Source of the DNA: Deltaproteobacteria bacterium | GTDB taxonomy: Bacteria; Desulfobacterota; Desulfobulbia; Desulfobulbales; SURF-16 | DNA length: 37,496 nucleotides | Direction of reading: 5' to 3' | Assembly: GCA_029939635.1 (NCBI GenBank) | Contig: JAOZSN010000004.1 | Span: forward strand, 1 to 37,496 | Shown here: one piece after another, positions 36,315 through 37,496 of the stretch | Layout: each line of letters begins with the position of its first letter | Numbering within the stretch: the stretch's first letter is position 1 | Made by a program: the position numbers and the translations under genes | Notes under the pieces: model-generated | The model's database searches: none | Seen by the model: the letters and a program-made list of their open reading frames with translations, nothing else | What the model was told of the DNA's origin: nothing

Positions 36315-37496
36315 TCATGACCATTCCAGCCTAAAGCTGTTATCCAACACATTCACCTTGGCCAATGTGGCCTGCACCGTCTCCCCAGGCTCCACTCGTG
36401 GCCCTTGACCAACGGGCAGGTCACCTTCCAACAAAATATCAAGGAGTACCACCTGAATCCGCCGTGGCTGAATCTCTAAAATGAGCACATCCACCGTACC
36501 ACCTACCCCCACCTGCTGTTGCAGATATTTGAGCAACCAGTAACGATGACGCTGAAAACGCACCCGATTAGCCCGACCCAAGTTACGGAGAATATCACTT
36601 ATAAAACCATTACATTCCTTCACGGTAAAGCGATCCTGCCGACTCAACATACGGCCTAACTGATGCTGCATAACAAGGTCAAGAAAACGACGAATAGGCG
36701 AGGTAAGGGTGGTATATTCTGCCACCCCCACTCCACTATGCGGCTTGGCCTCGGAAAGCAACTGCCCCCGGGAGAGAAAACGGCGCTGACGAAAATTAAG
36801 AAAAATATCGCGTTCATAGCCCTGAAACATTCGCTTACGCGGTGGTTCCTGACTGCGAAACAGCCCTGGCTCCATACGAGAAGAGACATAGTAAGCCCCC
36901 AGTCTATTGGCCAAAACCATAAATTCTGCCACCAAGGTACGGGACAGGGTATCAGAGGGCAGCACATCCACCGTCACCTGCCCCTCATTAACAGCAATAT
37001 TCACATCGGGCAGGGGCAATAATACGGCCCCATCTGCCACCCGTTTCATCAACAACTTTTGACTGAGCATGGCGAGAAGAGCAATTTCCTCATCATCCTC
37101 CATGGCAAGGGTCTCTTCGTAGGTGAGCCTTCTCTTCACCTGCACCACACTGCGCACCACAGAGAAATCCACCACCTCACCCTCGGCAGTTAACTCCACC
37201 AAGGTGGAAAAAGCAGGCCGTTCCTCACCCTCAATAAGACTACAGCAACCCTCTGAAAGCACATGGGGCAGCATGGAAATCTGCTGATCAGCCATATAGA
37301 TAGAAGTGGCACGCTGCCGGGCCGTATCAAAGAGCACATCGCCGGGTTGAACATAATGACTGACATCGGCAATATGGATGCCAACCAGATAATTATCCCC
37401 CTTCTTCTCCACGTGCAGGGCATCATCAAAATCTCTGGTCGCAGCACCATCAATGGTCAAAAGAGGTAAATGACGCAGATCCTTGCGGCCTTCCAG
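36315..37496 (-). CDS. RNase II/R (RNB) family exoribonuclease, 5' end outside window
   Basis: RKDLRHLPLLTIDGAATRDFDDA, HIADV, EFMVLAN, YTTLTSPIRRFLDL; frame open to the right edge. Confidence 0.93.
   Translation of the reverse strand: MEGRKDLRHLPLLTIDGAATRDFDDALHVEKKGDNYLVGIHIADVSHYVQPGDVLFDTARQRATSIYMADQQISMLPHVLSEGCCSLIEGEERPAFSTLVELTAEGEVVDFSVVRSVVQVKRRLTYEETLAMEDDEEIALLAMLSQKLLMKRVADGAVLLPLPDVNIAVNEGQVTVDVLPSDTLSRTLVAEFMVLANRLGAYYVSSRMEPGLFRSQEPPRKRMFQGYERDIFLNFRQRRFLSRGQLLSEAKPHSGVGVAEYTTLTSPIRRFLDLVMQHQLGRMLSRQDRFTVKECNGFISDILRNLGRANRVRFQRHRYWLLKYLQQQVGVGGTVDVLILEIQPRRIQVVLLDILLEGDLPVGQGPRVEPGETVQATLAKVNVLDNSFRLEWS

Overview
Core chromosomal region of an anaerobic deltaproteobacterium; the Desulfobulbales/Desulfobacterota-like assignment is inferred from gene content and protein style. 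Left to right: a >=1020-aa exported TPR protein missing from the ORF track, rpoH, a YfiR + hybrid kinase pair, waaA-carA-carB (carB has a 1-nt frameshift), ftsH-folP, a class I adenylate cyclase, an unannotated glutaredoxin-like selenoprotein (UGA in a UPRC motif with a SECIS-like hairpin), a Liv-type binding protein + hybrid kinase, a DHH phosphoesterase, two tandem ADP-glucose pyrophosphorylase genes (the first catalytically degenerate, GlgD-like), a PII-like protein + membrane protein, an HD-GYP regulator, dciA, ychF-DUF2721-DUF4438-pyrE, a small dual-CXXC protein, a three-gene exported module (FadL-like barrel, TPR-caspase, DUF4384 protein), a TIGR04219-like barrel and a partial RNase II/R. 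Intergenic DNA is rich in structure: two MITE-like elements with target-site duplications, a REP doublet, and many 7-nt-periodic repeats or hairpins ending just before starts that lack a Shine-Dalgarno motif. No rRNA, tRNA, CRISPR array or transposase was seen. Best candidates for new biology: the FadL-barrel/periplasmic caspase/DUF4384 module, the selenoprotein, the GlgC/GlgD-like pair and the heptamer elements.
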